Below are positions 1 to 9,930 of a stretch of DNA of 64,000 nucleotides, one piece after another. Source of the DNA: Psychroflexus sp. (GTDB lineage: Bacteria; Bacteroidota; Bacteroidia; Flavobacteriales; Flavobacteriaceae); the NCBI GenBank assembly GCA_030457805.1, contig JAKDUG010000001.1, positions 30,487 through 94,486 on the forward strand. The letters are read 5' to 3'. Under the pieces are notes generated by a model. That model was not told the DNA's origin, ran no database searches, and saw only the letters and a list, made by a program, of their open reading frames with translations. The translations under genes were made by a program, and so were the position numbers. How positions within the stretch are numbered: position 1 is the stretch's first letter; every line of letters begins with the position of its first letter.

Positions 1-345
1 TCTAATCTTCTTCGCGTTAAGCTCGAAGATGTCGATGATGAAGCAGAAGCGATTGACTTGATAAAAAAAGCTGTGTACTTACCGCTATCAGATTTACCTG
101 ATCTCGATGATTCTCAATTTTACTTTCATGAAGTTGTCGGCTTTGAAGCCCACGATGCACATCAAGGCTTTTTTGGCATTATCAAAGGAATTGACAGCAA
201 CTCACCTCAGCCTTTATTTTTGATTGACAAAGATGGGAAAGATGTATTGGTACCAGTCAATGATGTTTTTATCAAAAAAATCGATAAAGACAACAAGCGA
301 ATCGATTTTGACTTACCCGAAGGTTTACTTGATTTATACCTTTAA
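1..345 (+). CDS. rimM: Ribosome maturation factor RimM, 5'-truncated by the window edge
   Basis: Frame is open from base 1 (SNLLRVKLEDVDDEAEA...). The C-terminal PRC barrel has FYFHEVVG, VLVP, FIKKID and LPEGLLDLY. Confidence 0.93.
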   Translation, partial: SNLLRVKLEDVDDEAEAIDLIKKAVYLPLSDLPDLDDSQFYFHEVVGFEAHDAHQGFFGIIKGIDSNSPQPLFLIDKDGKDVLVPVNDVFIKKIDKDNKRIDFDLPEGLLDLYL

Positions 346-359
346 TTTCTTCCTGCGCT

Positions 360-1079
360 TTGTCTGACAAACCCTTTCATTTTAAAGAATTCACCGTTCA
401 GCAAAATCACGCTGCGATGAAGGTTGGTACGGATGCTGTTTTGCTCGGCGCTTGGGCAAAAGTCTCATCTGAAACTTATCGTATTCTCGATATTGGAAGT
501 GGCACAGGCGTGATTGCACTCCAGCTTGCTCAACGCTGCATAGCTGAGCAAATTGATGGCATTGAATTAGACGCTGCTGCTTTTGAAGAGTGCGTCCACA
601 ACTTTGAAGAAAGCCCGTGGAGCGATCGCTTGTTTTGTTACCACGCCAGCTTTCAAGAATTCACAGACGCAATCGATGACACTTACGATCTCATCGTTTC
701 TAATCCTCCCTATTTTGCAACGCAAGAGAAATTAGATTTAAGTGAACCCCGTGAAAAGGCGCGTTTTCAAAATCAATTAAACTTTGACGACCTCCTCAAA
801 GGCGTTGAAAAATTTCTGACAAATGATGGTAACTTTGCGATTATCCTTCCTGCGCAAGCAGAAAGTGAATTTCTAACATTGGCTGAAACTTATCGTCTTT
901 TTCCTTCTGAAATAGTACACGTTAAAGGCCGAGAAGAAACAGAAATTAAAAGAAGCTTAATCAACTTGCACTTCACAAAAACACAGACACAAGTGAAGGA
1001 ACTTGTGATTGAGAAATCGAGACATCACTACACAGAAGACTACATCAATCTTGTAAAAGATTTCTATCTAAAAATGTAA
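360..1079 (+). CDS. yfiC: tRNA1(Val) A37 N6-methyltransferase
   Basis: F-x-FKEFTVQQ...MKVGTDAVLLGAW, SAM motif LDIGSGTG, NPPY motif; TTG start. Confidence 0.88.
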   Translation: MSDKPFHFKEFTVQQNHAAMKVGTDAVLLGAWAKVSSETYRILDIGSGTGVIALQLAQRCIAEQIDGIELDAAAFEECVHNFEESPWSDRLFCYHASFQEFTDAIDDTYDLIVSNPPYFATQEKLDLSEPREKARFQNQLNFDDLLKGVEKFLTNDGNFAIILPAQAESEFLTLAETYRLFPSEIVHVKGREETEIKRSLINLHFTKTQTQVKELVIEKSRHHYTEDYINLVKDFYLKM

Positions 1080-1168
1080 ATTGACAATCACGAGGAGCAA
1101 AAAGTACTTTTGGCTAAGGATTTGTAAAATAATAACAAAAGTCAAGTCAAGATCATCTGAAGATTCCT

Positions 1169-1176
1169 TAAATTTG
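1169..1176 (+). promoter_or_regulatory. Bacteroidota sigma70 -7 box (TAAATTTG) for the acyl-CoA dehydrogenase
   Basis: Matches TAnnTTTG, 19 nt before the ATG at 1196. Confidence 0.6.
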
Positions 1177-1195
1177 AGTCAATTTATTAGAAATT

Positions 1196-2374
1196 ATGAA
1201 ACAAGATACTTTTCAAGCTCCAGATTATTACAATATTGACGATCTATTAACCGAAGAACACAGACTTGTCAGACAGGCTGCCCGTGATTGGGTAAAAAGA
1301 GATGTGAGTCCGATTATTGAAGAAGCTGCTCAAAAAGCAGAATTCCCAAAATCAATTATCAAAGGGCTTTCAGAGATTGGTGCATTCGGACCTTATATTC
1401 CTGAAGAATATGGCGGTGCTGGTTTAGATCAGATTTCTTACGGTTTAATTATGCAAGAAATCGAGCGCGGTGATAGCGGTGTAAGATCAACAGCTTCTGT
1501 ACAATCTTCATTAGTGATGTTTCCTATCTATGCACATGGAACTGAAGAACAAAGAAAAAAATACCTTCCAAAACTAGCCTCTGGCGAGTATATGGGAGCT
1601 TTCGGATTGACAGAACCAGATCACGGTTCAAATCCGAGTGGTATGACTTCAAACTTTAAAGACAAAGGCGATCATTATTTACTCAATGGTGCAAAGATGT
1701 GGATCTCAAATGCTCCTTTTTGCGATATTGCTGTGGTGTGGGCTAAAAATGAAGAAGGCCGCATCCACGGTTTAATTGTTGAACGTGGCATGGAGGGCTT
1801 TTCAACTCCAGAAACGCACAACAAATGGTCTTTGAGAGCCTCAGCGACAGGAGAACTTATTTTTGATGATGTCAAGGTTCCAAAAGAAAACCTATTAACT
1901 GGTAAAAGCGGATTGGGCGCTCCTTTATCCTGTTTAGACTCAGCGCGTTTCGGAATCGCTTGGGGTGCAATTGGCGCAGCCATGGACTGTTATGACACTG
2001 CTTTGCGGTATTCTAAAGAACGTCTGCAATTTGGCAAACCTATTGGAGGCTTCCAGCTTCAGCAAAAGAAATTGGCTGAAATGATTACCGAAATCACAAA
2101 GGCACAACTACTTGCTTTGCGCTTAGGGCAACTCAAAAACGAAGGAAAGGCAAGCACAGCACAAATATCAATGGCAAAACGTAATAATGTTGATATGGCT
2201 ATCAATATTGCGCGTGAAGCCAGACAAATGCTTGGCGGAATGGGAATCACTGGTGAATACAGCATCATGCGCCACATGATGAACTTAGAAAGTGTGATCA
2301 CTTATGAAGGCACACATGACATTCATTTATTGATCACAGGAGCTGACGTCACAGGAATTCCTGCTTTTAAATAA
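1196..2374 (+). CDS. gcdH: Acyl-CoA dehydrogenase, glutaryl-CoA dehydrogenase-like
   Basis: ERGDSGVRS, FGLTEPDHGS, GAKMWISN, ARQMLGGMGI, NLESVITYEGTHDIH. Confidence 0.85.
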   Translation: MKQDTFQAPDYYNIDDLLTEEHRLVRQAARDWVKRDVSPIIEEAAQKAEFPKSIIKGLSEIGAFGPYIPEEYGGAGLDQISYGLIMQEIERGDSGVRSTASVQSSLVMFPIYAHGTEEQRKKYLPKLASGEYMGAFGLTEPDHGSNPSGMTSNFKDKGDHYLLNGAKMWISNAPFCDIAVVWAKNEEGRIHGLIVERGMEGFSTPETHNKWSLRASATGELIFDDVKVPKENLLTGKSGLGAPLSCLDSARFGIAWGAIGAAMDCYDTALRYSKERLQFGKPIGGFQLQQKKLAEMITEITKAQLLALRLGQLKNEGKASTAQISMAKRNNVDMAINIAREARQMLGGMGITGEYSIMRHMMNLESVITYEGTHDIHLLITGADVTGIPAFK

Positions 2375-2394
2375 AACACATTTTATAAAACTTT

Positions 2395-2428
2395 AAAAGC
2401 GGCTTTTTCTTACAAAAAGCCGCTTTTT
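2395..2428 (+). terminator. Rho-independent terminator
   Basis: AAAAGCGGCTTTTT-CTTAC-AAAAAGCCGCTTTT followed by a T run, just after the gcdH stop. Confidence 0.85.
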
Positions 2429-2463
2429 TAATTCCCAGAACTTCAATTAAAAACCATCATACC

Positions 2464-3141
2464 ATGTGCTTCTCAAAACTAGAAGAAAGCTCTCAAAACG
2501 GTAAAAAATTAATCAGCAATCACAGTTTGTTTAACTTTATTGAGACGCCTCAAGATTTGCAACACTTCCTGCAATATTTCAGCTTTGAAGTCTGGTGCCA
2601 TGAGCAACTTAAGCAAACACAAGAATTTCAATCAGGAAATACAAATGCTCATTTTGACGACTTTATCAACTTATTGACCTCTTCAACTATTCAGACAGAA
2701 ATATTTTCTGATTTTCTTGAAACCGAAAAACAAAACGCATCAGCAAAAGATCAATTTGAAAATTTAGACTTGCCAGCTGCAGTCATTGCATTTGTCAATT
2801 TCCATCAGCAAATTGCAACAAAAGAACAAGCACATCAACAGTTGGCACTTTTAATTTTCGGACAAACAGATTTCATTGCTGACTTGGTTGATTCATTGAT
2901 CGAAGAAGTTCAATTGAAACCTCATCATCAAAAGTTAGATCATTTGAAAGTTTTTTTTGAGCAGCGACGTTTTGATTCACGGCAGCTCCAACAAGAAAAG
3001 AAGCATTTAAAAGAAATTTGTGGGCAGGATAAAGCAAAATGGAAGGAAGCGCAAATAGCTATTGAAAAGCTGAATTCTCTAAGAGAAGAACTGTGGGATA
3101 CGATCCAAAAAAAGATCCTCATGCAAAAAGGAATTACATAA
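2464..3141 (+). CDS. Divergent DUF3050-like (heme-oxygenase-like fold) protein
   Basis: NHSLF...LQHFLQYFSFEVW, FG-x-x-DFI, ICGQDKAKWKEA and R-x-x-LWDTI follow the DUF3050 pattern as I recall it. Confidence 0.6.
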   Translation: MCFSKLEESSQNGKKLISNHSLFNFIETPQDLQHFLQYFSFEVWCHEQLKQTQEFQSGNTNAHFDDFINLLTSSTIQTEIFSDFLETEKQNASAKDQFENLDLPAAVIAFVNFHQQIATKEQAHQQLALLIFGQTDFIADLVDSLIEEVQLKPHHQKLDHLKVFFEQRRFDSRQLQQEKKHLKEICGQDKAKWKEAQIAIEKLNSLREELWDTIQKKILMQKGIT

Positions 3142-3202
3142 AAAAAGCTGTCACAAGATTTTCACAAATCAAGGACAGCTTCTCTATATTTTAAGAATGG
3201 TT

Positions 3203-3529
3203 TTATTCTTCGGGAGCCAGTTCTACTATGAGTCCTTCTAATTCTTCTAAGATGGGAATTTGACATCCCAATCGACTGTTATCCTTCACATGAAAAGCTT
3301 CGGCGAGCATCGCCTCTTCGTCATCTTCCATGTCAGGCAATTCTGTTTCAGATTTGACATAACATTGACAAGAAGCACACATGGCCATTCCGCCACAGAT
3401 ACCAATTGTTCCTTCAGGGGCCAATTCATAAGAACGAACGATTTCCATTAAGTTCATCGCCATATCCGTCGGCGCATCAACAATATGAGAATCGCCTTCA
3501 CGATCAATGATTGTAATTTTGACGTCCAT
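3203..3529 (-). CDS. fdx: 2Fe-2S ferredoxin (adrenodoxin/ISC type)
   Basis: CGGMAMCASC and SRLGCQI motifs. Confidence 0.92.
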   Translation of the reverse strand: MDVKITIIDREGDSHIVDAPTDMAMNLMEIVRSYELAPEGTIGICGGMAMCASCQCYVKSETELPDMEDDEEAMLAEAFHVKDNSRLGCQIPILEELEGLIVELAPEE

Positions 3530-3532
3530 AAG

Positions 3533-4594
3533 TTAATCGATTGCTTTAACGACAGCTTTAGGGGCTTCTTTTTTAGAACCATCAAAACCTGTAACTCCAC
3601 CGACAGTTGTGTATTTCATGACATAGCGTTTGTCAGGAAAAATACGCTGAAAAGCACTTTGACACATCATTGTTGCTTCGTGAAAACCACATAAAATCAA
3701 CTTCAATTTGCCCGGATATGTATTGACGTCACCAATGGCATAAACGCCAGGAATGTTTGTTTGGTAATCAAGTGAATTATCTACTTTAATGGCATTCTTT
3801 TCAATGTCTAGACCCCAATCTCCAATCGGACCGAGTTTCGGTGATAATCCAAAAAGTGGGATAAAGTGATCCGCTTCGATTCTAAAATCTTCTTCAGGGT
3901 TATTTTTTTTATGAACAACGACAGATTCAAGTTGATCACCACCTTCTAAATCCACAATTTCAGCGGGTGTGACCAATTTTATTTTACCGAGATCTTTTAA
4001 TTCCTTAACGCGGTCGACAGATTCTAAAGCGCCTCTAAACTCATTACGTCTATGGATCAAAGTTACCTCAGAAGCAATATCAGCAAGGTAGATTGACCAA
4101 TCCAAAGCCGAATCGCCACCTCCAGCTATAACAACTGACTTATCGCGGTAATCTTCTGGATTTTTCACCATATAAGAAACACCTTTCTTCTCGTAAAACT
4201 CAAGATTAGAAATTGGTGGCTTACGCGGTTCAAAACTTCCTAAACCACCAGCAATTGCAACAATTTTAGCATGATGTTTTGTACCTTCATCAGTGGTGAC
4301 GATAAAAGTTCCATCGTCTAATTCCTCAAAATCCTGAGCTCTTTCTCCCAGTGTAAAACCTGGCTCAAATGGCTTGATTTGCTCCATGAGATTATCGACC
4401 AGATCACCAGCTAAAACCTCTGGATAACCAGGAATATCGTAAATTGGTTTCTTTGGATACAACTCAGCAAGCTGACCTCCTGGTTGTGGCAGCCCGTCAA
4501 TTAAATGACATTTAAGCTTTAATAATCCTGCTTCAAAAACTGTAAAAAGTCCTGTTGGTCCAGCACCTATAATAAGAATATCTGTTTCAATCAT
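3533..4594 (-). CDS. Ferredoxin-NADP+ reductase, TrxB-like (YumC type)
   Basis: GAGPTG FAD motif, GGQLAELYPKKPIYDIPG, GGGDSALDW, GDVNTYPGKLKLILCGFHEA; no CxxC. Confidence 0.88.
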   Translation of the reverse strand: MIETDILIIGAGPTGLFTVFEAGLLKLKCHLIDGLPQPGGQLAELYPKKPIYDIPGYPEVLAGDLVDNLMEQIKPFEPGFTLGERAQDFEELDDGTFIVTTDEGTKHHAKIVAIAGGLGSFEPRKPPISNLEFYEKKGVSYMVKNPEDYRDKSVVIAGGGDSALDWSIYLADIASEVTLIHRRNEFRGALESVDRVKELKDLGKIKLVTPAEIVDLEGGDQLESVVVHKKNNPEEDFRIEADHFIPLFGLSPKLGPIGDWGLDIEKNAIKVDNSLDYQTNIPGVYAIGDVNTYPGKLKLILCGFHEATMMCQSAFQRIFPDKRYVMKYTTVGGVTGFDGSKKEAPKAVVKAID

Positions 4595-4672
4595 ATTTTT
4601 TACTTTGAAAATACAAAGGTCATCAATTTCTCAAGGTATTAAAATGACTTTTGTCAAATTTACTCTTGGCTT

Positions 4673-4918
4673 TTAAGCCTTTACATTTGTGACAGACTCA
4701 ATCTGTGGCACGTGTTTCTTAATCGTCATTTCGACACCTGACTTTAAGGTCATTTGATTGACCGTACAATCAATACATGCCCCCAATAATTTGACGCGCA
4801 CATGTTTGTCATCATCAATACTGAGCAACTCAATATTTCCTCCATCATTCTTTAGAAATGGTCTTATTTCCTCAAGAGCAACCTCCACTTTATCATTTAA
4901 TTCCTTTCCTGTCATCAT
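4673..4918 (-). CDS. NifU-C/Nfu-type Fe-S carrier protein
   Basis: IRPFLKNDGGNIEL...GACIDC (CxxC). Confidence 0.9.
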   Translation of the reverse strand: MMTGKELNDKVEVALEEIRPFLKNDGGNIELLSIDDDKHVRVKLLGACIDCTVNQMTLKSGVEMTIKKHVPQIESVTNVKA

Positions 4919-4919
4919 T

Positions 4920-6059
4920 CTATTTATTTACTTCGCTACAACCTGCCATTGTCGTAATCTTGATTGCTTCTGTTTTTGGCAAACTTTCATTACGGTCAAC
5001 AACTTGTTGCACTACATTTCTTGTCAATTCTGTAAAAGCATTACTCAAAGGCGTATCTTCTTGCAATGCTGCTGGTCTACCAATATCACCAGATTCACGC
5101 AAACTTTGCACAAGTGGTATTTCGCCTAAAAACGGAACTTTCAAATCTTTTGCAAGATAGCTAGCGCCTTTCTCTCCGAAAATATAATACTTATGACCTG
5201 GCAATTCTGCTGGTGTAAAGTATGCCATATTCTCAACAATACCCAAAACTGGAACATTGATACTTTCTTGATTGAACATAGCGACTCCTTTTTTAGCATC
5301 GGCTAAAGCCACATTCTGAGGTGTACTCACAACAACGGCACCAGTGATTGGCATAGACTGCATAATTGATAAATGAATATCACCTGTTCCTGGAGGTAAA
5401 TCGACTAATAAAAAGTCTAACTCTCCCCAGTCAGCATCAAAAATCATTTGATTCAAGGCTTTTGAAGCCATTGGTCCTCTCCAAATCACGGCCTGATCAG
5501 GTTTTGTGAAAAACCCGATTGAAAGTATTTTAACGCCATAGCTTTCAATAGGTTTCATTTTTGATTTCCCATCAACATTGACCGACATCGGTTTTTCATT
5601 AGCTACATTAAACATAATTGGCCCTGAAGGTCCGTATATATCTGCATCCAACAATCCAACTTTAAAACCTAACTTTGACAGACTCACTGCCAAATTTGCT
5701 GTGATTGTCGATTTCCCGACACCACCTTTACCAGAAGCAACGGCAACGATATTTTTAATCCCAGGAATAGGTTTTCCTTTGATCTCATTTGTCTCTTTCT
5801 TTTCAGCAGCAGCTTCAACAGAAACCTTAACCTCAACTTTCGCTTTTTCATAAACCTTATCATGGATGACTTTCATCACATCAACCTCGGCGCGTTTACG
5901 AATATTTAAGGCAGGTGTTGTTAGTTTTAAATCAACGATAACTTCATCACCAAAAGTGACTATATTTTGGACGGCACCACTTTCAACCATGTTCTGACCT
6001 TCGCCAGCGACACTAATTGTTGACAATGCTTTTTGGATGTCTTCTTTATTGAGTTTCAT
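4920..6059 (-). CDS. mrp: Mrp/ApbC/NBP35 Fe-S cluster carrier ATPase
   Basis: N-terminal DUF59-like domain, GKGGVGKST, DADIYGPS, WRGPM, DLPPGTGD, ENMAYF. Confidence 0.93.
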   Translation of the reverse strand: MKLNKEDIQKALSTISVAGEGQNMVESGAVQNIVTFGDEVIVDLKLTTPALNIRKRAEVDVMKVIHDKVYEKAKVEVKVSVEAAAEKKETNEIKGKPIPGIKNIVAVASGKGGVGKSTITANLAVSLSKLGFKVGLLDADIYGPSGPIMFNVANEKPMSVNVDGKSKMKPIESYGVKILSIGFFTKPDQAVIWRGPMASKALNQMIFDADWGELDFLLVDLPPGTGDIHLSIMQSMPITGAVVVSTPQNVALADAKKGVAMFNQESINVPVLGIVENMAYFTPAELPGHKYYIFGEKGASYLAKDLKVPFLGEIPLVQSLRESGDIGRPAALQEDTPLSNAFTELTRNVVQQVVDRNESLPKTEAIKITTMAGCSEVNK

Positions 6060-6154
6060 AAATTTATATGATGTTTATTAAGATTGAATCTAAATGCAAA
6101 TATACAGTTTAAGCTCTTAAAAATGACGCTTTTAAAGCGATTTTAATAAACCCT

Positions 6155-6487
6155 TTAATAAAGCGCATAAGGGTCCCAAAAAACCTTTTTAAAACCTTGT
6201 ATCTCATCATCTTTAACAAGGTGACCTTCAGCCTCCAAAAGCTTCTGCATCTGATCAACATGGCCAAAGTGATGTTTTCCCGTTAAAACACCATTGCGAT
6301 TCACAACGCGATGTGCGGGAAGATCTGCATTGTTTTTTAAACAATTATTCATTGCATAGCCAACTGTTCTCGCGCTTTTAGGTGCGCCTATCACTTTTGC
6401 AATGGCGCCGTAGCTCGTCACTTTACCCTCTGGAATTTGACGGACAACAGCGTAAACTTTTTCGTAAAAATCTTCTGTTTTTTTCAT
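6155..6487 (-). CDS. MGMT family / alkyltransferase-like protein
   Basis: IPEGKVTSYG, ARTVG, LPAHRVVN: Ala at the catalytic Cys position of PCHRV, so ATL-like. Confidence 0.85.
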   Translation of the reverse strand: MKKTEDFYEKVYAVVRQIPEGKVTSYGAIAKVIGAPKSARTVGYAMNNCLKNNADLPAHRVVNRNGVLTGKHHFGHVDQMQKLLEAEGHLVKDDEIQGFKKVFWDPYALY

Positions 6488-7125
6488 CCGCCTTTATAAT
6501 AAATTCTCCACAAGGTAACGCATGCCAGAATCAGCATCAAGGCAGCCATAAAATAATTCGAATACTTTTTAAAACGCGTGGTGCGGTCTTCGATTTTTAT
6601 AAAAAAAATAATGTAAGCATAAAGCGTCACAAAGGTTCCGAGGGCGGCACTAAACGCAAAAAGAATAATGTTGAGCGTCTCAAACCTAAAGTCAAATTCG
6701 GATCCAAAAACTGTTGATAGAACAACAAAATATGGAATTGGAAAAACATTTAAAGTAGCGATCAGCAATCCGTTGAGAAAACTCCTGGAGGATTTTGATT
6801 TGTTAATATCATCTTTTGATTTACTGTGCTGCGCCGTAAATAAGAAATAGAGCATCATCAAAATCAAAATAACCAAACCTGTCCTGAGTAGCATCCCTTT
6901 AACATAAGGATGATCAAAAATATAAGAGGATAATAAAACAGCTACTGTCGCTTGAAGTAAAACAATAATACTCGCGCCAATAGCCATCATAAGTGCAGCT
7001 TTCTTACCGCGATTCAAACAGGTTTTGGCCACTGACATATTGATAAGCCCTGGCGGAATAACACCTGCCATTGCGGCGAGAAAAGTGTAGATAAAAACTT
7101 GAAGTTGTACCAAACTATCGTTCAA
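6484..7125 (-). CDS. LysE/RhtB family transporter
   Basis: IPPGLINMSV N-terminal motif, about 6 hydrophobic segments. Confidence 0.8.
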   Translation of the reverse strand: MNDSLVQLQVFIYTFLAAMAGVIPPGLINMSVAKTCLNRGKKAALMMAIGASIIVLLQATVAVLLSSYIFDHPYVKGMLLRTGLVILILMMLYFLFTAQHSKSKDDINKSKSSRSFLNGLLIATLNVFPIPYFVVLSTVFGSEFDFRFETLNIILFAFSAALGTFVTLYAYIIFFIKIEDRTTRFKKYSNYFMAALMLILACVTLWRIYYKGG

Positions 7126-7792
7126 AATTAAATTTCAAATAAGTAATTGCTTTCTGTTCTTTTAAATATTGTGATTCATAGAAAGTTTGGATACCAACGA
7201 CCTCTTGAGGTGCTTCGTGATTGACATAAATATCATGATGTGCATACATAATATTGTAAGATAAGCCTTCCAAAACACCAAGTGTATAACCGTGCATATA
7301 CTCACTATCAGTTTTTAAATGTACAATCCCATCTGGTTTTAGAATGTGTTTGTACTTTTTCAAAAAAGAAGGATTTGTCATGCGGTGTTTTCTTCTTTTC
7401 CACTTTATTTGAGGATCTGGAAAAGTAATCCAGATTTCGCTAATTTCATTCTCTTCAAAGATATGTGCGACAAGTTCTATTTGTGTTCTGATAAAGCACA
7501 CATTATCGAGCTTATCTTCAATTGCTGTCTTAGCTCCACGCCAAAAACGCGCTCCTTTGATATCAATACCTATAAAATTCTTGTCGGGATTTTGGCGTGC
7601 TAATTCAACAGAATATTCACCTTTACCACAGCCGAGCTCCAAAACAATTGGATTGTCATTCTTAAAAAAAGTTGACGCCCATTGTCCTCGGTATTTAAGT
7701 TTGTGCTCAACCACTTCTTCACGCGTTGGTTGCACAACATTTTCAAAGATTTCGTTTTCTTTAAAACGTTTTAATTTATTTTTACTCCCCAC
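7115..7792 (-). CDS. trmB: tRNA (guanine-N7)-methyltransferase
   Basis: LELGCGKGEY, GIDIKGAR, ITFPDPQIK, KTDS, QTFYE. Confidence 0.95.
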   Translation of the reverse strand: MGSKNKLKRFKENEIFENVVQPTREEVVEHKLKYRGQWASTFFKNDNPIVLELGCGKGEYSVELARQNPDKNFIGIDIKGARFWRGAKTAIEDKLDNVCFIRTQIELVAHIFEENEISEIWITFPDPQIKWKRRKHRMTNPSFLKKYKHILKPDGIVHLKTDSEYMHGYTLGVLEGLSYNIMYAHHDIYVNHEAPQEVVGIQTFYESQYLKEQKAITYLKFNFER

Positions 7793-7853
7793 AATTAAAA
7801 TTTTTTGTGAAATTAACTATTTTAAGGTTCTGCTCAAACTTAAATAAAAATTC

Positions 7854-8912
7854 ATGCAAAAACTAAACATACTCATCGCATCACTCAATTGGGGTTTGGG
7901 CCACGCCACTCGATCTATTCCTGTGATCAGAAAATTAAAATCAGACGGGCATCAGCTCATTCTTGCGAGTGATGGCAAAGCTTTAGAATTTCTTAAAAAA
8001 GAATTTCCAGATTTAAAAGCCTATCAACTTTGCTCCTCAGAAGTTATTTATGCAAAACACAATCTAGAGATGCGCCTGCGATTATTGCAAGGAAGTTTTA
8101 AAATGCTACGCAATACAAAGCGAGAAATGAAAATAACACGTCAAATCTGTAAAGCAGAAAAGATTGATTGTATCATTTCAGACAACCGTTTAGGAATTCG
8201 ACACAAAACGATTAAATCCATTGTGATGTCACATCAACTGAATCTCAAGATGCATCATTTCGGTTGGTTACCTCAACGCATTTACCGACATTTCCTCAAT
8301 AAATTTGATGACATTTGGATTCCAGATACGCGTGGAGAAATGAAAATCAGTGGGCGCCTATCTGATTGGAAAACCACAGATCACAAAACACAATACATCG
8401 GACTCTGTTCTGCTTTAGAAAAAAAGGACACACCGCTTCAATATCAATTTTGTATTCTTTTGTCAGGACCAGAACCACAACGCAGCTTACTAGAGGAAAA
8501 GTTACTAGCTATTTTTTTTAAAAAAAATACATCTGCAATAATGATTGCCGGAAAGGTAGAAGAAAAGCAAAAAATCAGTCATCAGAACAAGCTCACCTAT
8601 GTCAACTATATGACATCTGCTGAACTTTCAAAAACGCTAAATGAATCAGCGTATATCATTTGCAGATCAGGCTATTCCAGCTTGATGGACGTCGCACTTT
8701 TAAAAAAGAAGGCCTTTTTAATCCCAACACCTCAACAGCCTGAGCAAATCTATTTGGCAAAATATTTAAAAGAAAAACAAATCGCTGATTTCTGCTTTCA
8801 GGATCAACTCACAGATCAGAATTTTGAAAACATTGATCCAGTTTATCAAGGATTTACGAAAATCACCGCTCAAGAAAGTGCGCTTATACTTCCTCAGCTT
8901 TTGTCAAAGTAA
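7854..8912 (+). CDS. GT-B glycosyltransferase, GT28 C-terminal family
   Basis: LNWGLGHATRSIP, IISDNRLG, LSGPEPQR, CRSGYSSLMD, PTPQQPEQ. Confidence 0.8.
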   Translation: MQKLNILIASLNWGLGHATRSIPVIRKLKSDGHQLILASDGKALEFLKKEFPDLKAYQLCSSEVIYAKHNLEMRLRLLQGSFKMLRNTKREMKITRQICKAEKIDCIISDNRLGIRHKTIKSIVMSHQLNLKMHHFGWLPQRIYRHFLNKFDDIWIPDTRGEMKISGRLSDWKTTDHKTQYIGLCSALEKKDTPLQYQFCILLSGPEPQRSLLEEKLLAIFFKKNTSAIMIAGKVEEKQKISHQNKLTYVNYMTSAELSKTLNESAYIICRSGYSSLMDVALLKKKAFLIPTPQQPEQIYLAKYLKEKQIADFCFQDQLTDQNFENIDPVYQGFTKITAQESALILPQLLSK

Positions 8913-9930
8913 AAGAAAACTCACTGCCGACGCCGTATTCACTTTCTACAGTCACCTTTTCATGATGTGCCTCAACGATGTGTTTGACAATTGATAATCC
9001 TAAACCTGAGCCACCTTCTTTGCGAGAGCCACTTTTATCAACGCGATAAAAACGCTCAAATAAACGCGGGATATTTTGAGATTTGACACCTTCCCCATTA
9101 TCACTAACTTTGATCAGAATTTTTTGGGCAGATAAATCCTCGACAGTCAGCTCGATTGTGCCCCCCTTTTTACCATACTTAATTGAATTGACAACCAAAT
9201 TCGCTAGAACTTGTAGAATGCGTTCTTCGTCAGCTTTCACTAAAATTGGTTTTTTAACAGGATCAATACTGATGCTTATTTCTTTTTTGGCGGCCTTCAT
9301 TTCTAACAAATCGTGTACGCCATCTAGCAGTTCAACGATATCGAATTTCTCCTGAAAAAGATTGAGATCACCAGTTTCTAATTTTGTAATCATATCCAAA
9401 TCATTAACGATATAAATCAATCGGTCAACACCTTTACTGGCTCTTGCCAAATATTTATCACGAACTTTTTTATCTTTGACAGCGCCGTCAAGCAATGTCA
9501 AAATATAGCCTTGAACAGTAAAAAGAGGTGTTTTGAGTTCATGAGCGACATTCCCCATGAATTCTTTTCTGTAATTCTCTCGTCCTTTTAAGGTTTCAAT
9601 TTCTAATTTTTTATGCTTTGCAAAACGCTCAACTTCAGCTGTCAGCGTTTTCATATCAGAAGTCATACGCTGTCCTTGAAGTGATTCTGCATCCAATAAA
9701 GCAACACTATCATAAACAGATTTCACCCGTTTATAAATAAAATATTCAATGCGCAATTGGATGATAAAAAAAGAGAAGATAAAACACAGCAAAGCAAAAA
9801 TCAAGATGGAGATCCACTTGACTTCATAAAAAAATAGCTCATAAAAAAGAATGAGTAAACTCAAAAATACTGTGATATACGACGCGGTGTGGAAAGCAAA
9901 TTTGTAGGAGCGTTTATAATTAACTGACAT
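8884..9930 (-). CDS. Sensor histidine kinase, PhoR-like
   Basis: Two N-terminal TM segments, VAHELKTPL H-box, NLVVNSIKYG N-box, DNGEG, FERFYRVD, GSGLGL. Confidence 0.9.
   Translation of the reverse strand: MSVNYKRSYKFAFHTASYITVFLSLLILFYELFFYEVKWISILIFALLCFIFSFFIIQLRIEYFIYKRVKSVYDSVALLDAESLQGQRMTSDMKTLTAEVERFAKHKKLEIETLKGRENYRKEFMGNVAHELKTPLFTVQGYILTLLDGAVKDKKVRDKYLARASKGVDRLIYIVNDLDMITKLETGDLNLFQEKFDIVELLDGVHDLLEMKAAKKEISISIDPVKKPILVKADEERILQVLANLVVNSIKYGKKGGTIELTVEDLSAQKILIKVSDNGEGVKSQNIPRLFERFYRVDKSGSRKEGGSGLGLSIVKHIVEAHHEKVTVESEYGVGSEFSFTLTKAEEV

Noticed and set aside
8884-8912. Convergent 3' overlaps (glycosyltransferase/kinase, 29 nt; ABC ATPase/lipoprotein at 33451-33470, 20 nt)
   Set aside because: Short tail-to-tail overlaps are ordinary in compact genomes.
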